From positions 38,207-102,206 of the forward strand of contig JACONL010000003.1 of NCBI GenBank assembly GCA_014332745.1: 64,000 nucleotides of DNA, given 5' to 3'. Shown piece by piece: positions 16,005 to 26,146 of this stretch. Position 1 is the first letter of the stretch; the number at the start of each line of letters is the position of its first letter. Made by a program: the position numbers and the translations under genes. The notes under the pieces are model-generated. The model searched no databases. It was not told where the DNA came from and saw only the letters and a program-made list of their open reading frames with translations. The stretch comes from Alphaproteobacteria bacterium GM7ARS4 (GTDB lineage: Bacteria > Pseudomonadota > Alphaproteobacteria > GM7ARS4).

Positions 16005-16742
16005 TCACATAGATAAAGCCCTTGGGGATGACGCCATCGGGGATGACGCCCTGATGGCAATCTGTCGCCTCAGAGTCGAGAGCCCCTCTTTGCTCTTCAC
16101 ACTGACGGCGCATATGGTCGTGAGGGGAGGCGCTGAGGAACGTATCGGGGACAGAGAGGAGCGCATCACATGCTGGTGTGTCTCGATAGACTTTTTGCAT
16201 GTGTCAAGGTCCTTTGCCTTATCACATTTCGTCATGACAATATGATAAGGAACAGCGTGTTCACACAGCCATGCGACAATCCCTTGGTCTGTCTTGTGTA
16301 TGCCATGACGCCCGTCCACAAGGAGAAAGAGACAGCATAATGTCTCACGCCTTAAGAGATAATGTTGCCCTAGCATGCTCAAGGCGCTGGCGTGTTTTTT
16401 CCCTATTCCTGCATACCCATAGCCCGGCATGTCCACGAGGCGCACATTCATGTGCGCATGCTCGTAAAAATGGAGAGCGCGGGTACATCCGGGCTTTGTC
16501 GATGTCGGCGCAAGAGTCTTCCTATAGAGCAACGCATTGAGCAAACTCGATTTTCCCACATTGGAACGCCCTAAAAAGGCTATTTCCCGATGACTGGGAT
16601 GGGGTGCCATCGACATATGGGTCGCCCGTCTCACCATCGTCCATGCATCCTTAGCAAAGAGAGAACGCACCGTCATAGACGGCGACGTGGGGAGAGGGGG
16701 ATGGCTTATGCGTATGGCATGCTGTTCCATCATGAGTCTCAT
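16005..16742 (-). CDS. engB: Ribosome-biogenesis GTPase YihA/EngB
   Basis: G1 motif GRSNVGKSSLLNAL. The track ORF extends to 17021, but that extension overlaps yidC. ATG 16742-16740 overlaps the yidC stop (ATGA), which suggests translational coupling. Confidence 0.8.
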   Translation of the reverse strand: MRLMMEQHAIRISHPPLPTSPSMTVRSLFAKDAWTMVRRATHMSMAPHPSHREIAFLGRSNVGKSSLLNALLYRKTLAPTSTKPGCTRALHFYEHAHMNVRLVDMPGYGYAGIGKKHASALSMLGQHYLLRRETLCCLFLLVDGRHGIHKTDQGIVAWLCEHAVPYHIVMTKCDKAKDLDTCKKSIETHQHVMRSSLSPIRSSAPPLTTICAVSVKSKEGLSTLRRQIAIRASSPMASSPRALSM

Positions 16743-18475
16743 GAGCTCTTTGTGACACGTCCCGCCATGGGTGTGTTCTTTTCGAGGCGACGATTCAACA
16801 TATATTGCTGAAGAATCGAGAGGATATTCGTCCATGCCCAATAAATCACCAAGCCTGCGGGAAAAGATGCGGTGAAAATCGTCACGAGGGGAGGAAGAAG
16901 AGCAAAGACTTTTTGTTGGATAGGGTCGGCAGGTTGAGGATTCATTTTTTGCTGAAGATACATGGTCACGCCCATGATGATAGGCCAAAGCCCGATATGA
17001 AACCATGTGGGTGGCTGCCATGGCAAGAGCCCGAAGAGCGTAAAGATATTCGTGGGGTCGCGCGCTGAGAGGTCATGCACCCACCCAAAAAATGGTTGAT
17101 GACGCATCTCGATAGAGACAAAAAGCACCTTGTAGAGGGCAAAAAAGATAGGCAACTGAACGAGCATAGGGAGACAGCCCGCTGCTGGTTGCAGTTGGCG
17201 TTTTTGGTACATGGCAACGAGCTCTTGATTCATCTTCACCTTGTCGGATGCGTAGCGTTCTCGAATTTTTTGGATCTCAGGTTGGGCAAGGCGCAAATCA
17301 TGCATGGCGCGGAAGGATTTGTTTGCCAACGGATAGAGAAGAAGACGCAACAGCACCGTGAAAAAGAGAATGGCAAGTCCAAAATTGTTGAACCATGCGT
17401 GAAAGATATTAAGGAGGTGAAAGGTTGGCTTTGTGAGGAAATAAAACCAGCCAAAATCCACCGCTAAATCAAAGTGGGTAATGTGTAATCTTTTTTCCAC
17501 AGACTCGATGATGTCCAATTCTTTGGCGCCAGCAAAGCCATAACTCTTATGGGAGACAGAGTCCCCCGGCGCCACCATGAGGGATGTGCCTACCATGTCG
17601 GCTTGATAACGTTGTGTCGGTTGGGGAAGGCTGAGAAAACGCGCATGGACTGTGTGGTCAGAAGCAGGAATCAAGGCGGTGAGCCAGTATTTATCTGTGA
17701 GTCCCATCCATCCCTGACGTCCTTCATAGGTGAGCGCCTGACGCTCGCGCATATCAGCATATCCCTCTTCGATGAGCTCACCATCGAGGTAGGCAACAGC
17801 GCCCTCATGGAGAATAAAGAAATCAAGGGTCGGCGGCGTCCCATGGCGCGATATAAGACTATAGGGAGCAACATGGAGAGGCTTGTCGCTTCTGTTATCA
17901 ATCTTTTGCGTGATGGTAAAGAGGTAGTCGTCATCCACCTCGATGATGTGGGTATAGTGGATATTGTCGGGACTCGTCCATGTGAGGGTGATGGGTTGGC
18001 TGTCGGTGAGGGTCGTGTCGTTGCTCTGCCAGAGAGTCGTATTGTCTGGGGCGCTAGAGGCATGGTGCGTGAGCCATCCATGCTCCATGTAATAGGGGTT
18101 GCGACTCTCGAGGGGGTGGAGAAGGGTGATGGGCGCGCTGTCTGCGGCTAAGGATGTCCTGTGGTCTTTCAGTTGAACATGGTCGATGATACCGCCACAG
18201 AGGGACACCCCGCCTGAGATTTTCTCTGTCTCGATGGGGATACGTTGCTCTGGGCGACATGGTGTCTGTGAGGGTGTCTGTGCCTGTGTCTGTTGCGTAG
18301 AGTCTTGCCTTTGGTCTGCTTGTTGGCGGGGGAGGGACGGGGCATTGTCGAGAGAGGGTTGTGGCTCTGGCGGCGGCACAACATCTCTTTTCTGCTGATT
18401 ATTGTAGATGTCAAAGGCGATCAAGATAAGGAAAGAGAGGATCGCTGCCAAAAGGAGGTTGGTTTGGTCGTTCAT
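16739..18475 (-). CDS. yidC: Membrane protein insertase YidC
   Basis: 578 aa with an N-terminal TM segment, a large periplasmic domain and the conserved C-terminal 5-TM core (LPMLVQLPIFFALYKVL). Confidence 0.95.
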   Translation of the reverse strand: MNDQTNLLLAAILSFLILIAFDIYNNQQKRDVVPPPEPQPSLDNAPSLPRQQADQRQDSTQQTQAQTPSQTPCRPEQRIPIETEKISGGVSLCGGIIDHVQLKDHRTSLAADSAPITLLHPLESRNPYYMEHGWLTHHASSAPDNTTLWQSNDTTLTDSQPITLTWTSPDNIHYTHIIEVDDDYLFTITQKIDNRSDKPLHVAPYSLISRHGTPPTLDFFILHEGAVAYLDGELIEEGYADMRERQALTYEGRQGWMGLTDKYWLTALIPASDHTVHARFLSLPQPTQRYQADMVGTSLMVAPGDSVSHKSYGFAGAKELDIIESVEKRLHITHFDLAVDFGWFYFLTKPTFHLLNIFHAWFNNFGLAILFFTVLLRLLLYPLANKSFRAMHDLRLAQPEIQKIRERYASDKVKMNQELVAMYQKRQLQPAAGCLPMLVQLPIFFALYKVLFVSIEMRHQPFFGWVHDLSARDPTNIFTLFGLLPWQPPTWFHIGLWPIIMGVTMYLQQKMNPQPADPIQQKVFALLPPLVTIFTASFPAGLVIYWAWTNILSILQQYMLNRRLEKNTPMAGRVTKSS

Positions 18476-18735
18476 TGTCGTGCTTTGGTCTTTTGGCGTG
18501 GGGGAAGGGGATCATACTGGTATCCGCATGTCGACGTTGTGAAAGGATGGCAACGTAGCACACGCCTCATGATGAGCGTCAGGGCTTTCCATGGGCCATG
18601 ATGGCGGATGGCGTCTTGCGCATAGTGAGAACATGACGGCACAAAACGACAATGAGAGCCTAAGAGAGGCGAGATAAAGCGTTGATACCACCCGATAATC
18701 CGTATCAAACAACGTGCAATGAAAGATGGCCGCAT
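18472..18735 (-). CDS. yidD: Membrane protein insertion efficiency factor YidD
   Basis: 87 aa with YQRFISPLLGSHCRFVPSCSHYAQDAI. Confidence 0.9.
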   Translation of the reverse strand: MRPSFIARCLIRIIGWYQRFISPLLGSHCRFVPSCSHYAQDAIRHHGPWKALTLIMRRVLRCHPFTTSTCGYQYDPLPPRQKTKARQ

Positions 18736-18739
18736 GGTG

Positions 18740-19186
18740 CTATGGCTGGCTGTCGGTTTTTGCCTGTTTTTGCCCGATAGGCCGCGCCCTATGACGCTGG
18801 CGGGGGTGCTGGCGGGACGTCTTATGGCGATGGGGTGTGTCTAGGAGGGTCGAGAGCGCCCTCTTGAAGTCGCGCTGCATATGATGAAAAGGGTGTGTGA
18901 GACAGGTTTTTCTGGCGATGAGGATAAGAGCGTAACGTTTTGTGGGTGCTCTATGATGGTGAAGTAAGGCGCGCAAACGTCTTTTTGCGCGGTTGCGTTG
19001 CACGGCGCCTCCTACCTTGCGGCTGGCAATGACCGCATAGTGGGCATAGGGGACGGGATAAGGCGGAGGAATCAGACAGAGTGCCACAAAAGCAGGCGTC
19101 ACGTGATTGACGCCATGCTTTTTGACGAGCGCGAAATGGCGCTGTCTTGTGATATGAGGAAGAGCCGCCATGGCATGGGTTGACAT
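18740..19186 (-). CDS. rnpA: Ribonuclease P protein component
   Basis: 148 aa with the RNR motif region (VGGAVQRNRAKRRLRA), positioned between rpmH and yidD. Confidence 0.85.
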   Translation of the reverse strand: MSTHAMAALPHITRQRHFALVKKHGVNHVTPAFVALCLIPPPYPVPYAHYAVIASRKVGGAVQRNRAKRRLRALLHHHRAPTKRYALILIARKTCLTHPFHHMQRDFKRALSTLLDTPHRHKTSRQHPRQRHRARPIGQKQAKTDSQP

Positions 19187-19189
19187 CGC

Positions 19190-19324
19190 TCAGGCGCTGA
19201 GGCGTTTGCGTCCTTTCTTCCTTCGTCTGGCGAGGATTTTGCGCCCATTGGCGTCCGCCATTCGTTTGCGGAATCCGTGTCGCCTCTTACGGACGAGACG
19301 CGATGGTTGAAAAGTCCGTTTCAT
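19190..19324 (-). CDS. rpmH: 50S ribosomal protein L34
   Basis: Below the track size cut-off. Hand translation gives [44 protein letters not shown]. Confidence 0.95.
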   Translation of the reverse strand: MKRTFQPSRLVRKRRHGFRKRMADANGRKILARRRKKGRKRLSA

Positions 19325-19453
19325 GATACAATCTATGCTATGCTGTCCGTCATATCGTCATATGCCGTGACGTTCGATTCACAATGTTGTTACGCTATAA
19401 ATGGTAGGGAGTCAAGAGGATGATAGGCCGTGTTGTTGAGAGAGTCGTGAGTC

Positions 19454-20890
19454 ATGCCCTTTGTCGATGATCATGGAGCGTATAGCCTAGCCTATGGTCT
19501 TGTGGGCGGTGCTGTTTTTCTTTGTGTCATTGTCTCCCTCTCTTTGTGGTGGCGTTCGCGGCGGTTTGTATTGCGTGCGTTAGCGTTGCAAGGCATTGAT
19601 TTATCACACAGAGACCTCAGGCGCGTTGATTTATCCCATTCGAACGTATGCGGGAGTCGTTTTGATAAGGCAAATTTACGTCATGCGGCCTTGTGCCATG
19701 TAGATGCCCGTGGCTGCATGCTCACAGGGGTTGATTTACGTCATGCCGATGTGCGCGGTGGCTGTTTTGTTGCTGCTGATGTGCGTGGCGCGTCTCTTCG
19801 TTCCATGAAATGCCAAGGGGCGCGTTTTCACTGGGCGCACATGCACGAGCTCGACTTGAGACGGGTTGATGTTCGTGGCGCTACCTTCCACCATGCCCAA
19901 TTGCATGGGGCGCACCTTCATCGCACATGTTGTGCTGGCGTCGACCTTTCTGACAGCAGAATGATCGGCTGTAATCTCAAACGCACGGATTTTCGCCAAG
20001 CCTGTTTGCATCGGTGTCATTTCCAGAGGGCAAATTTTAATAAGGCGATGCTCGATGGAGCAGATATGCGTGATGCGCAATGCGCTGATGCGCGCTTCCA
20101 CAGACTCACGGGCAAGAAGATGAAAGCGCAACGAGCAGACTTCACACGCGCCGTCTTCACGGAAGTGTCTTTTGAGGAATGCGCTCTTCACGAAGCCGTC
20201 TTGGTTGATGCTGATATGCGTGGCATATGTCTACGTGATAGCACCTTACAGGCAGCGCACCTGCGCAATGTCGACCTACGACAAGCTGACCTACGTGGCG
20301 CTGACCTACGGGGCTGTACCATCGAGGACAGCAAACTCCATGGCGCTGATTTGCGCCATGCCGACTTGCGGGGATGCAGGATCTTCAGGAGTCAGTGTCA
20401 TGGTGTGGATATGCGCATGGCGCAACTCGATATGAGCATGTGGCATGCCAGTGTTGTCGATATGGATGATGATATAGAGTTCGAATATGCTCTCATGCAG
20501 GGGCGTGTGAGTCGTCAAAAAATCAAGGAGATCATGGCGCTACGAGGAGGACGCGAAAGACTATGGTCTGTCCGCCCGTCGAGGATTTTCTGTGAAGAGG
20601 ACTTCATGCCTTTACGCTACGCGTGCGCGCCCTTGACGCTTGTGGATGTCTCTGAGCGCGATGCCTTCTGGCGTCCCATATGGGAGGCGATGATCGATGA
20701 ATGCCGCCGCGAAGAGCCGTCGCGCTTGCTCAGCGCTTCTGTGAAAGGATGGCTGGATATTCATGGACTCTATGGTCATGTGCCTTCTTGCGCTCGCGCC
20801 TTAGGCACCATCATCAAACAGCACTATCCCCTGTCCCTTCTCTCTCGTGAATTATCGCCACAACAGCGTTTATGGCTCAATGGTCCATGA
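19454..20890 (+). CDS. Membrane-anchored pentapeptide-repeat protein
   Basis: 478 aa. One N-terminal TM segment, about 290 aa of A(D/N)LXX repeats (DLRHADVRG, ADLRGADLRGC...), then a ~130-aa non-repeat C-terminal domain. Confidence 0.8.
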   Translation: MPFVDDHGAYSLAYGLVGGAVFLCVIVSLSLWWRSRRFVLRALALQGIDLSHRDLRRVDLSHSNVCGSRFDKANLRHAALCHVDARGCMLTGVDLRHADVRGGCFVAADVRGASLRSMKCQGARFHWAHMHELDLRRVDVRGATFHHAQLHGAHLHRTCCAGVDLSDSRMIGCNLKRTDFRQACLHRCHFQRANFNKAMLDGADMRDAQCADARFHRLTGKKMKAQRADFTRAVFTEVSFEECALHEAVLVDADMRGICLRDSTLQAAHLRNVDLRQADLRGADLRGCTIEDSKLHGADLRHADLRGCRIFRSQCHGVDMRMAQLDMSMWHASVVDMDDDIEFEYALMQGRVSRQKIKEIMALRGGRERLWSVRPSRIFCEEDFMPLRYACAPLTLVDVSERDAFWRPIWEAMIDECRREEPSRLLSASVKGWLDIHGLYGHVPSCARALGTIIKQHYPLSLLSRELSPQQRLWLNGP

Positions 20891-22326
20891 GGGAGCGTTC
20901 ATCGTCTATGGGATGGACAAGGGTTGTCTTATCTCGTTCATGGAGCGTGATGTGGGGTGTGGTGTGTTGTGCTTTATGGGCTTATGGCCTTTTTTTATCG
21001 GCATCCCCTTCCCTTGAGAGGATAGGATGGCCGTCCATTGTCGGCGGCGAAGGCGGTGGACTCTTTCTTATCCTCATGGGGAGTCTTCTGGCGTGCTGTG
21101 CCTATGGGGTGCGTCTGTTGGTCTCGAGACATGGATGGCGGCGTCTGCATGAACGTATGGGTGCTCTTTCGACTCGCCATGCCCATGCCCGCGCTGTCCC
21201 GTTTCTTGAGGAACGTCTTCGCCTCCTTGATGATGTCGCATGCTTAGCCTCCGTCTCCCGTCATGAGTCGGCGCGTCGCGCCATCCTCTCTTTACTCTGT
21301 CGTTATATCGGTGAGAATGCGCAGAAGACAGCGCAGAGTCACCCTGACCATGTGGAGAAACGCGCTTCTTGTGCGCCTGTGGGGGCGGATATCCATAGAG
21401 CCTTTGTTCTCCTGAAGGCGCTTTTTTCCCGCTGGTGCTGTCGTACAGAAACATTCTCTGGAACATTCTCTGGTCTTTCTCACGCTATGGCTATGCCGCG
21501 CCTTGCTCGAGAGGTTTGTTTCCTCCATGCTGATTTTCGCGTTCTTGACATGACATCCATTCCCTGGGTTGATGCGCCACGCCTCAGGTCTGCCCGTCTT
21601 CAGGGGGCGACTCTTTCCCATGCGCATCTTTCATCTGCCAATCTACAAGGGGCGCATCTACAGGGCGCATGTCTGTCCTATGCCAACCTCCAAGCCGCCA
21701 ATCTGGCAGGGGCTGATTTACGAGGGGCCAATCTACAAGGGGCGACTCTACAAGCCGCCAATTTGCAAGGCGCAAATCTACAAGGGGCGAATATCGAGGG
21801 GACAAATCTCGACTATAGTCTCTGGTATGGTGCGCGCCTTGCCATCACCCCAGACGATGTGGCGTCATGGCATAGCGAATTGACAGCGATGGGACTAGCG
21901 GAGAGCCTCTGTCGACAGATCATCGATGACGCCTCTCAGCGTTGCCATATAGCACAAAAAAGAAACGCTTGGCTTCCCCACGCCTTATACCGCGACATAC
22001 CGCTCTTTTTCCAGCGCAAAGGAGACGATGCCTTCGCCAAAGAGCGCAAGAAAAAACGCCGCGGGCGTCTTCGCTACCCCTTATCCCATCTCATCCCCCT
22101 TGATGTGACAGAAGAGCTGGCGCATTGGCGAGAGAGGTGGCAACAATTTTTCCATACGGCATGCGTGTCTCCCGCTTCTGCCTTGATGATGCTTGTCTTT
22201 CACGACCACGCCCATAGAGGCACGCCATGCGTCCATGCGTTGTGGCAGACGATGTGCGAGATGGCGGACGGCAAGGTGATAGAAAAGCACGTATCTCCCG
22301 AGATGCTGTCGAGGCTAAACCCGTAG
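20872..22326 (+). CDS. Membrane-anchored pentapeptide-repeat protein (paralog of the preceding gene)
   Basis: 484 aa. Two N-terminal TM segments, repeats ANLQGAHLQGACLSYANLQAANLAGADLRGANLQGATLQAANLQGANLQGANIEG, and a C-terminal domain similar to that of the upstream protein. The ORFs overlap by 19 nt, so the real start may be later. Confidence 0.75.
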   Translation: MAQWSMRERSSSMGWTRVVLSRSWSVMWGVVCCALWAYGLFLSASPSLERIGWPSIVGGEGGGLFLILMGSLLACCAYGVRLLVSRHGWRRLHERMGALSTRHAHARAVPFLEERLRLLDDVACLASVSRHESARRAILSLLCRYIGENAQKTAQSHPDHVEKRASCAPVGADIHRAFVLLKALFSRWCCRTETFSGTFSGLSHAMAMPRLAREVCFLHADFRVLDMTSIPWVDAPRLRSARLQGATLSHAHLSSANLQGAHLQGACLSYANLQAANLAGADLRGANLQGATLQAANLQGANLQGANIEGTNLDYSLWYGARLAITPDDVASWHSELTAMGLAESLCRQIIDDASQRCHIAQKRNAWLPHALYRDIPLFFQRKGDDAFAKERKKKRRGRLRYPLSHLIPLDVTEELAHWRERWQQFFHTACVSPASALMMLVFHDHAHRGTPCVHALWQTMCEMADGKVIEKHVSPEMLSRLNP

Positions 22327-22350
22327 CCATAGGCATAAGCCTATGGCATA

Positions 22351-22752
22351 ATGGGTGCTTTATGGCGAGATAAGATGATGGCGACATATAAGAAAAAGAT
22401 TGTAAAAATTCCTATCCCGATGACGTATCATGACGGCTCTCACCGCGCTCAGGTAGAGGGCGCGCTGAGGTTGATGATTAAAAATCCCCATTGGGTGATG
22501 GCGCACACCGTGCCTGTCAGCTTTAAGGGGTTAGCGCCATCGCAACGCGTGTCCGTCAAGGTCGAGCCGTATCTATGGGAGGGAGCAAAGAAGGCCATTG
22601 CCGAGATCGCGCCGATGGAGGCAGCGCGCTTAGGGTGTCGCGTTGCTGGCGTTTTGCAGTCCTTCCATCAAGTGGAGAGAGAGTGGCTCGACCATCGAGT
22701 CCCGACAGACCTTCCCCTTTTTCATTACGCCAAGCAACGTGAGGACAAGTGA
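22351..22752 (+). CDS. Hypothetical protein
   Basis: 133 aa with no recognisable motif. Its stop overlaps the GTG start of the downstream pseudouridine synthase (GTGA). Confidence 0.4.
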   Translation: MGALWRDKMMATYKKKIVKIPIPMTYHDGSHRAQVEGALRLMIKNPHWVMAHTVPVSFKGLAPSQRVSVKVEPYLWEGAKKAIAEIAPMEAARLGCRVAGVLQSFHQVEREWLDHRVPTDLPLFHYAKQREDK

Positions 22753-23681
22753 CATCCCATGAACCTTTCACAATCCTTTATCAGGATGACGACGTCATTG
22801 TCGTCCATAAGGAGGCAGGGATTGCCACCCACGGCGATGAACGCGCCACGCCCAACCCGCATGCCCCTTCATCGAGATGTCGCCATCGTCAAGAGCATCT
22901 CTCCTCCCTTCTTCATGCGCATTTTTCCTATCGTCTTCCCACAGAGGAGACGCGCTTAGAACGTCACGGCATCGTCCATCGTCTCGATAAGGGAAGCAGT
23001 GGCCTTCTTGTCGTTGCCCGCTCCATGCTTGCCCTCAAGGCGCTCAAAAAAGATTTTGCGCACCATCACGTCCTACGATATTACCACGCTATCGTCTATG
23101 GTGTGCCATCCGCCATGGCCGCCAGACTCAATGAGCCTCTTGGACAGGACAGGCATGACTTTCGCCGCCGTTGCGTGGACAGAGCCCATGGCAAGCCCGC
23201 CATCACCGACTATCGAGTCTTGCGTGTTTTGGGAAAAGAAAGCCTTGCGGCAAGCCTTGTGCTGTTGCGTTTGCACACGGGGAGGACGCACCAGATACGA
23301 GTCCACATGGCCCATCACCATCATCCCCTATGGAGCGACCCCCTCTATGCCTATCCCATGCCACAGGCAGGGACAAGGAGAGGGAGACGTCAAGGCGTTT
23401 CCCGTTATCATGCTGAGGCGTTGCGCAAGCTTAATAAGAGATTTCCTTATCAATTCAAGGCATTACAAGAAGAAGAGAAAAAAAGAGCAAAAAATCCCGC
23501 CTCTGCCACAGTTTTGCCACAAATCACCCCTAGAATGCAGCTAGGGAGGCAGGCACTTCATGCGTGTGTCTTAGGGTTTCACCATCCTGTGGATGGTCGG
23601 TTTTTGCGTTTTCATGCGCCCATGCCTGAGGACATGCGTCATCTTTTGCGTTTTTTTACGCGATTGGAGACAATACGCTAG
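22749..23681 (+). CDS. RluA-family 23S rRNA/tRNA pseudouridine synthase
   Basis: 310 aa with HRLDKGSSGLLVVAR (catalytic Asp motif) and GRTHQIRVHMAH. No N-terminal S4 domain is apparent. Confidence 0.8.
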   Translation: MTSHEPFTILYQDDDVIVVHKEAGIATHGDERATPNPHAPSSRCRHRQEHLSSLLHAHFSYRLPTEETRLERHGIVHRLDKGSSGLLVVARSMLALKALKKDFAHHHVLRYYHAIVYGVPSAMAARLNEPLGQDRHDFRRRCVDRAHGKPAITDYRVLRVLGKESLAASLVLLRLHTGRTHQIRVHMAHHHHPLWSDPLYAYPMPQAGTRRGRRQGVSRYHAEALRKLNKRFPYQFKALQEEEKKRAKNPASATVLPQITPRMQLGRQALHACVLGFHHPVDGRFLRFHAPMPEDMRHLLRFFTRLETIR

Positions 23682-23689
23682 GAGGTCTT

Positions 23690-24583
23690 ATGTCATTTGC
23701 CCAAAGGAATATATCGGCTGAAGGTGAGTCGTGGCGTTTCTATGTGAGGTCGGCACGACGCTATCCTCTGCTTGATAGGGAGGAGGAACAGGCTCTTATT
23801 CGAGCATGGCAAGACCATGAGGATCAAGGGGCGCTCAATCGCCTTGTGGGGAGTCATATGCGCATGGCTGTGCGTCTTGCCTTGCAATATCGTGGTTATC
23901 ACCTTCCTGTGGAGGATCTCATTGCTCAGAGCAATATGGGACTCGTCCAAGCCATCCAGCATTATGACGCCCGTTTTGGCTGTCGCCTCTCGACGTATGC
24001 CGTGTGGTGGATGAAGGCTGCCATTCAGGACTATGTCCTGAAGTCTTGGTCGATGGTGAGGATTGGGACGACAAGCAAGCAAAAACGTCTCTTCTTTAAT
24101 TTACGCGGAGAGAAGGCGATGCGCTCCATGGGGTTGCATGGTGAGAGCATGACGCCTCAGGATGCTCAGACGATCGCCGACCATTTTTGCGTGTCCAGCG
24201 ATGATATTATGATGATGGACGAGCGTCTCCATGCCCGTGATATGTCCCTCAATGCCCCTCGTCATGAGCAGAATGACGAAGAGTGGATCGACTCGTTGTT
24301 CGATGGTGATGAAGGGTATGAAGGGGCGCCAGAGAGGGACTATCAAGAAAAAGAAGAAAAACAATATCGCCTTCATCTCCTTCAGCGCGCCATGGGATGT
24401 TTGTCCCATAGGGAGAAGCATATCGTTCGCGCAAGGCTTTTATCATCACAGCACGTGACGTTAGAGACACTCGGGGCCGATTTAGGCTTATCCCGTGAAC
24501 GTGTGCGACAAATCGAGAGCCACGCCATCCGCAAATTAAGGCGGTTTGTCCTCCAACGCCATAGGGAGCATGTCTATTCCTAA
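23690..24583 (+). CDS. rpoH: RNA polymerase sigma-32 (heat-shock sigma factor)
   Basis: 297 aa. Sigma70 regions 2 and 4 are present, plus an RpoH-box-like segment IGTTSKQKRLFFNLR. Confidence 0.9.
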   Translation: MSFAQRNISAEGESWRFYVRSARRYPLLDREEEQALIRAWQDHEDQGALNRLVGSHMRMAVRLALQYRGYHLPVEDLIAQSNMGLVQAIQHYDARFGCRLSTYAVWWMKAAIQDYVLKSWSMVRIGTTSKQKRLFFNLRGEKAMRSMGLHGESMTPQDAQTIADHFCVSSDDIMMMDERLHARDMSLNAPRHEQNDEEWIDSLFDGDEGYEGAPERDYQEKEEKQYRLHLLQRAMGCLSHREKHIVRARLLSSQHVTLETLGADLGLSRERVRQIESHAIRKLRRFVLQRHREHVYS

Positions 24584-24605
24584 AGGATGACGTCCGTGTT
24601 ATGGG

Positions 24606-25016
24606 ATGTTTGCATGGGAGGGGCGCGTTATGGTATGGAAAGGCATGGATGATGTTTTACTTTCTCACTGGAAAAGGCCGCGGGCGTTACGTGTGGCATC
24701 AACGTTGAAACGTTGCCTGTCCGACTATATGGTGCGTGGCGCGTTTCTCGAGCGCCATCTCTGTGGCAGAGAGTGCACCATCACGCGCGTTGAACTCTCA
24801 AAGGATATGAGGAGAGCAACGATTTACGTCATTCCCTTCATGGAGGAGTCGGACGTCCCTGTGTCGCCGCGGGCGTTGGTCCATGCGCTTAATCAATTGG
24901 TGCCTATGGTGCGTCGCCATCTTGGGCGACAGCTCTCTCTCAAGCGTGTTCCTCTGTTGTTTTTCAAGCATGATGCCGCCTATGAACGCATGTGGCATGA
25001 CACACATGTCGGTTGA
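24606..25016 (+). CDS. rbfA: Ribosome-binding factor A
   Basis: 136 aa in the rbfA-truB-rpsO-pnp context. The start is probably an internal Met. Confidence 0.75.
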   Translation: MFAWEGRVMVWKGMDDVLLSHWKRPRALRVASTLKRCLSDYMVRGAFLERHLCGRECTITRVELSKDMRRATIYVIPFMEESDVPVSPRALVHALNQLVPMVRRHLGRQLSLKRVPLLFFKHDAAYERMWHDTHVG

Positions 25017-25780
25017 GTCTTATCCCGACGATTGAGGGCATGATGGCAAGGGGACGTGTGGCGAAGGGGTGTGACATCGATGGGTGGATTGTTTTTGACA
25101 AGCCTGTCTCTATGCGTTCCATGCAGGCGACATCTTTTGTGCGGTCAGTGCTCAATGCGAGAAAGGCGGGGCATGCTGGTACACTAGACCCCCTTGCCTC
25201 TGGCGTCCTTCCCATTGCGTTAGGACGGGCAACGCGCGCCATCGCTCCCCTCATCGCTCAGAAAAAGACATATCGTTTTACCGTGCGTTGGGGCGTCATC
25301 ACAGATACCTTGGATGCTGATGGGTGCGTGACGCATGTCATGGCACGCCGCCCCAGCATGGGCGCGATCAAGGCGATGATTCCTGAATTTGTTGGCGCGC
25401 TCATGCAAAGACCGCCTCTTTATTCGGCATTGCGTGTGCAAGGGAAGCGCGCCTATCAATGGGCGCGCGCCCATAAGCTGGTGGAATTGATGCCGCGCCC
25501 TGTCCATGTCTATTCTCTTCGTTTGGCGGCGCGCCTTTGTGAGGATGAAGCTGTTTTCGAGTGCTGTTGCGGGCAAGGCACATATGTGCGTTCATTGGCG
25601 CGTGACATGGCACAGCGTTTAGGGACATGCGGGCATATTTGCGCGTTGAGGCGCTTGAGTGTGGGGCCGTTCCTTGCCGACGACGCCGTCTCTTACGATG
25701 TCTTGCGGCGCGCATGTGAGGAAGGCAAAGGACGTTCTTTTCTCAAGCCTGTAGAGGTTAACACCGCCCTTCCACTATAA
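25013..25780 (+). CDS. truB: tRNA pseudouridine-55 synthase
   Basis: 255 aa with GWIVFDKP...KAGHAGTLDPLASGVLPIALGRATR (catalytic Asp motif). Confidence 0.9.
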   Translation: MSLIPTIEGMMARGRVAKGCDIDGWIVFDKPVSMRSMQATSFVRSVLNARKAGHAGTLDPLASGVLPIALGRATRAIAPLIAQKKTYRFTVRWGVITDTLDADGCVTHVMARRPSMGAIKAMIPEFVGALMQRPPLYSALRVQGKRAYQWARAHKLVELMPRPVHVYSLRLAARLCEDEAVFECCCGQGTYVRSLARDMAQRLGTCGHICALRRLSVGPFLADDAVSYDVLRRACEEGKGRSFLKPVEVNTALPL

Positions 25781-25851
25781 AATGCTTGCATGCATGAAAA
25801 AATAGTCTACACTGACGACTGACAAGGGATTATGGTGATGAAGGGTTATCA

Positions 25852-26118
25852 ATGATGGAGATGCCTCCGAAACAAGATGTCATAAAGAAGTATGCCACGT
25901 CGAAAGGCGATACGGGCTCGGCCCATGTGCAGGTTGCTCTCTTGACGTCGAGAATCAACTGGCTCACGGAACATCTTAAAGTGCATAAGAAGGACCACCA
26001 TTGTCGGCGTGGCTTGTTAAAGATGGTGGGGCGTCGTCGGCGTTTGTTGGATTATCTCAAGGCGCGTCGCGCTGAGGACTATGCCTCTTTGGTTAAATCT
26101 CTTGGTTTAAGGCGTTAG
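25852..26118 (+). CDS. rpsO: 30S ribosomal protein S15
   Basis: 88 aa with [50 protein letters not shown]. Confidence 0.95.
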   Translation: MMEMPPKQDVIKKYATSKGDTGSAHVQVALLTSRINWLTEHLKVHKKDHHCRRGLLKMVGRRRRLLDYLKARRAEDYASLVKSLGLRR

Positions 26119-26146
26119 GGCGTTTCTGCGATGTTTTTCTCATTAT

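Noticed and set aside
16743-17021. N-terminal 93-aa extension of the engB ORF (listed as 16005..17021)
   Set aside because: The extension overlaps the yidC 3' end in another frame. An ATG at 16742 forms an ATGA overlap with the yidC stop and gives a normal-length EngB.
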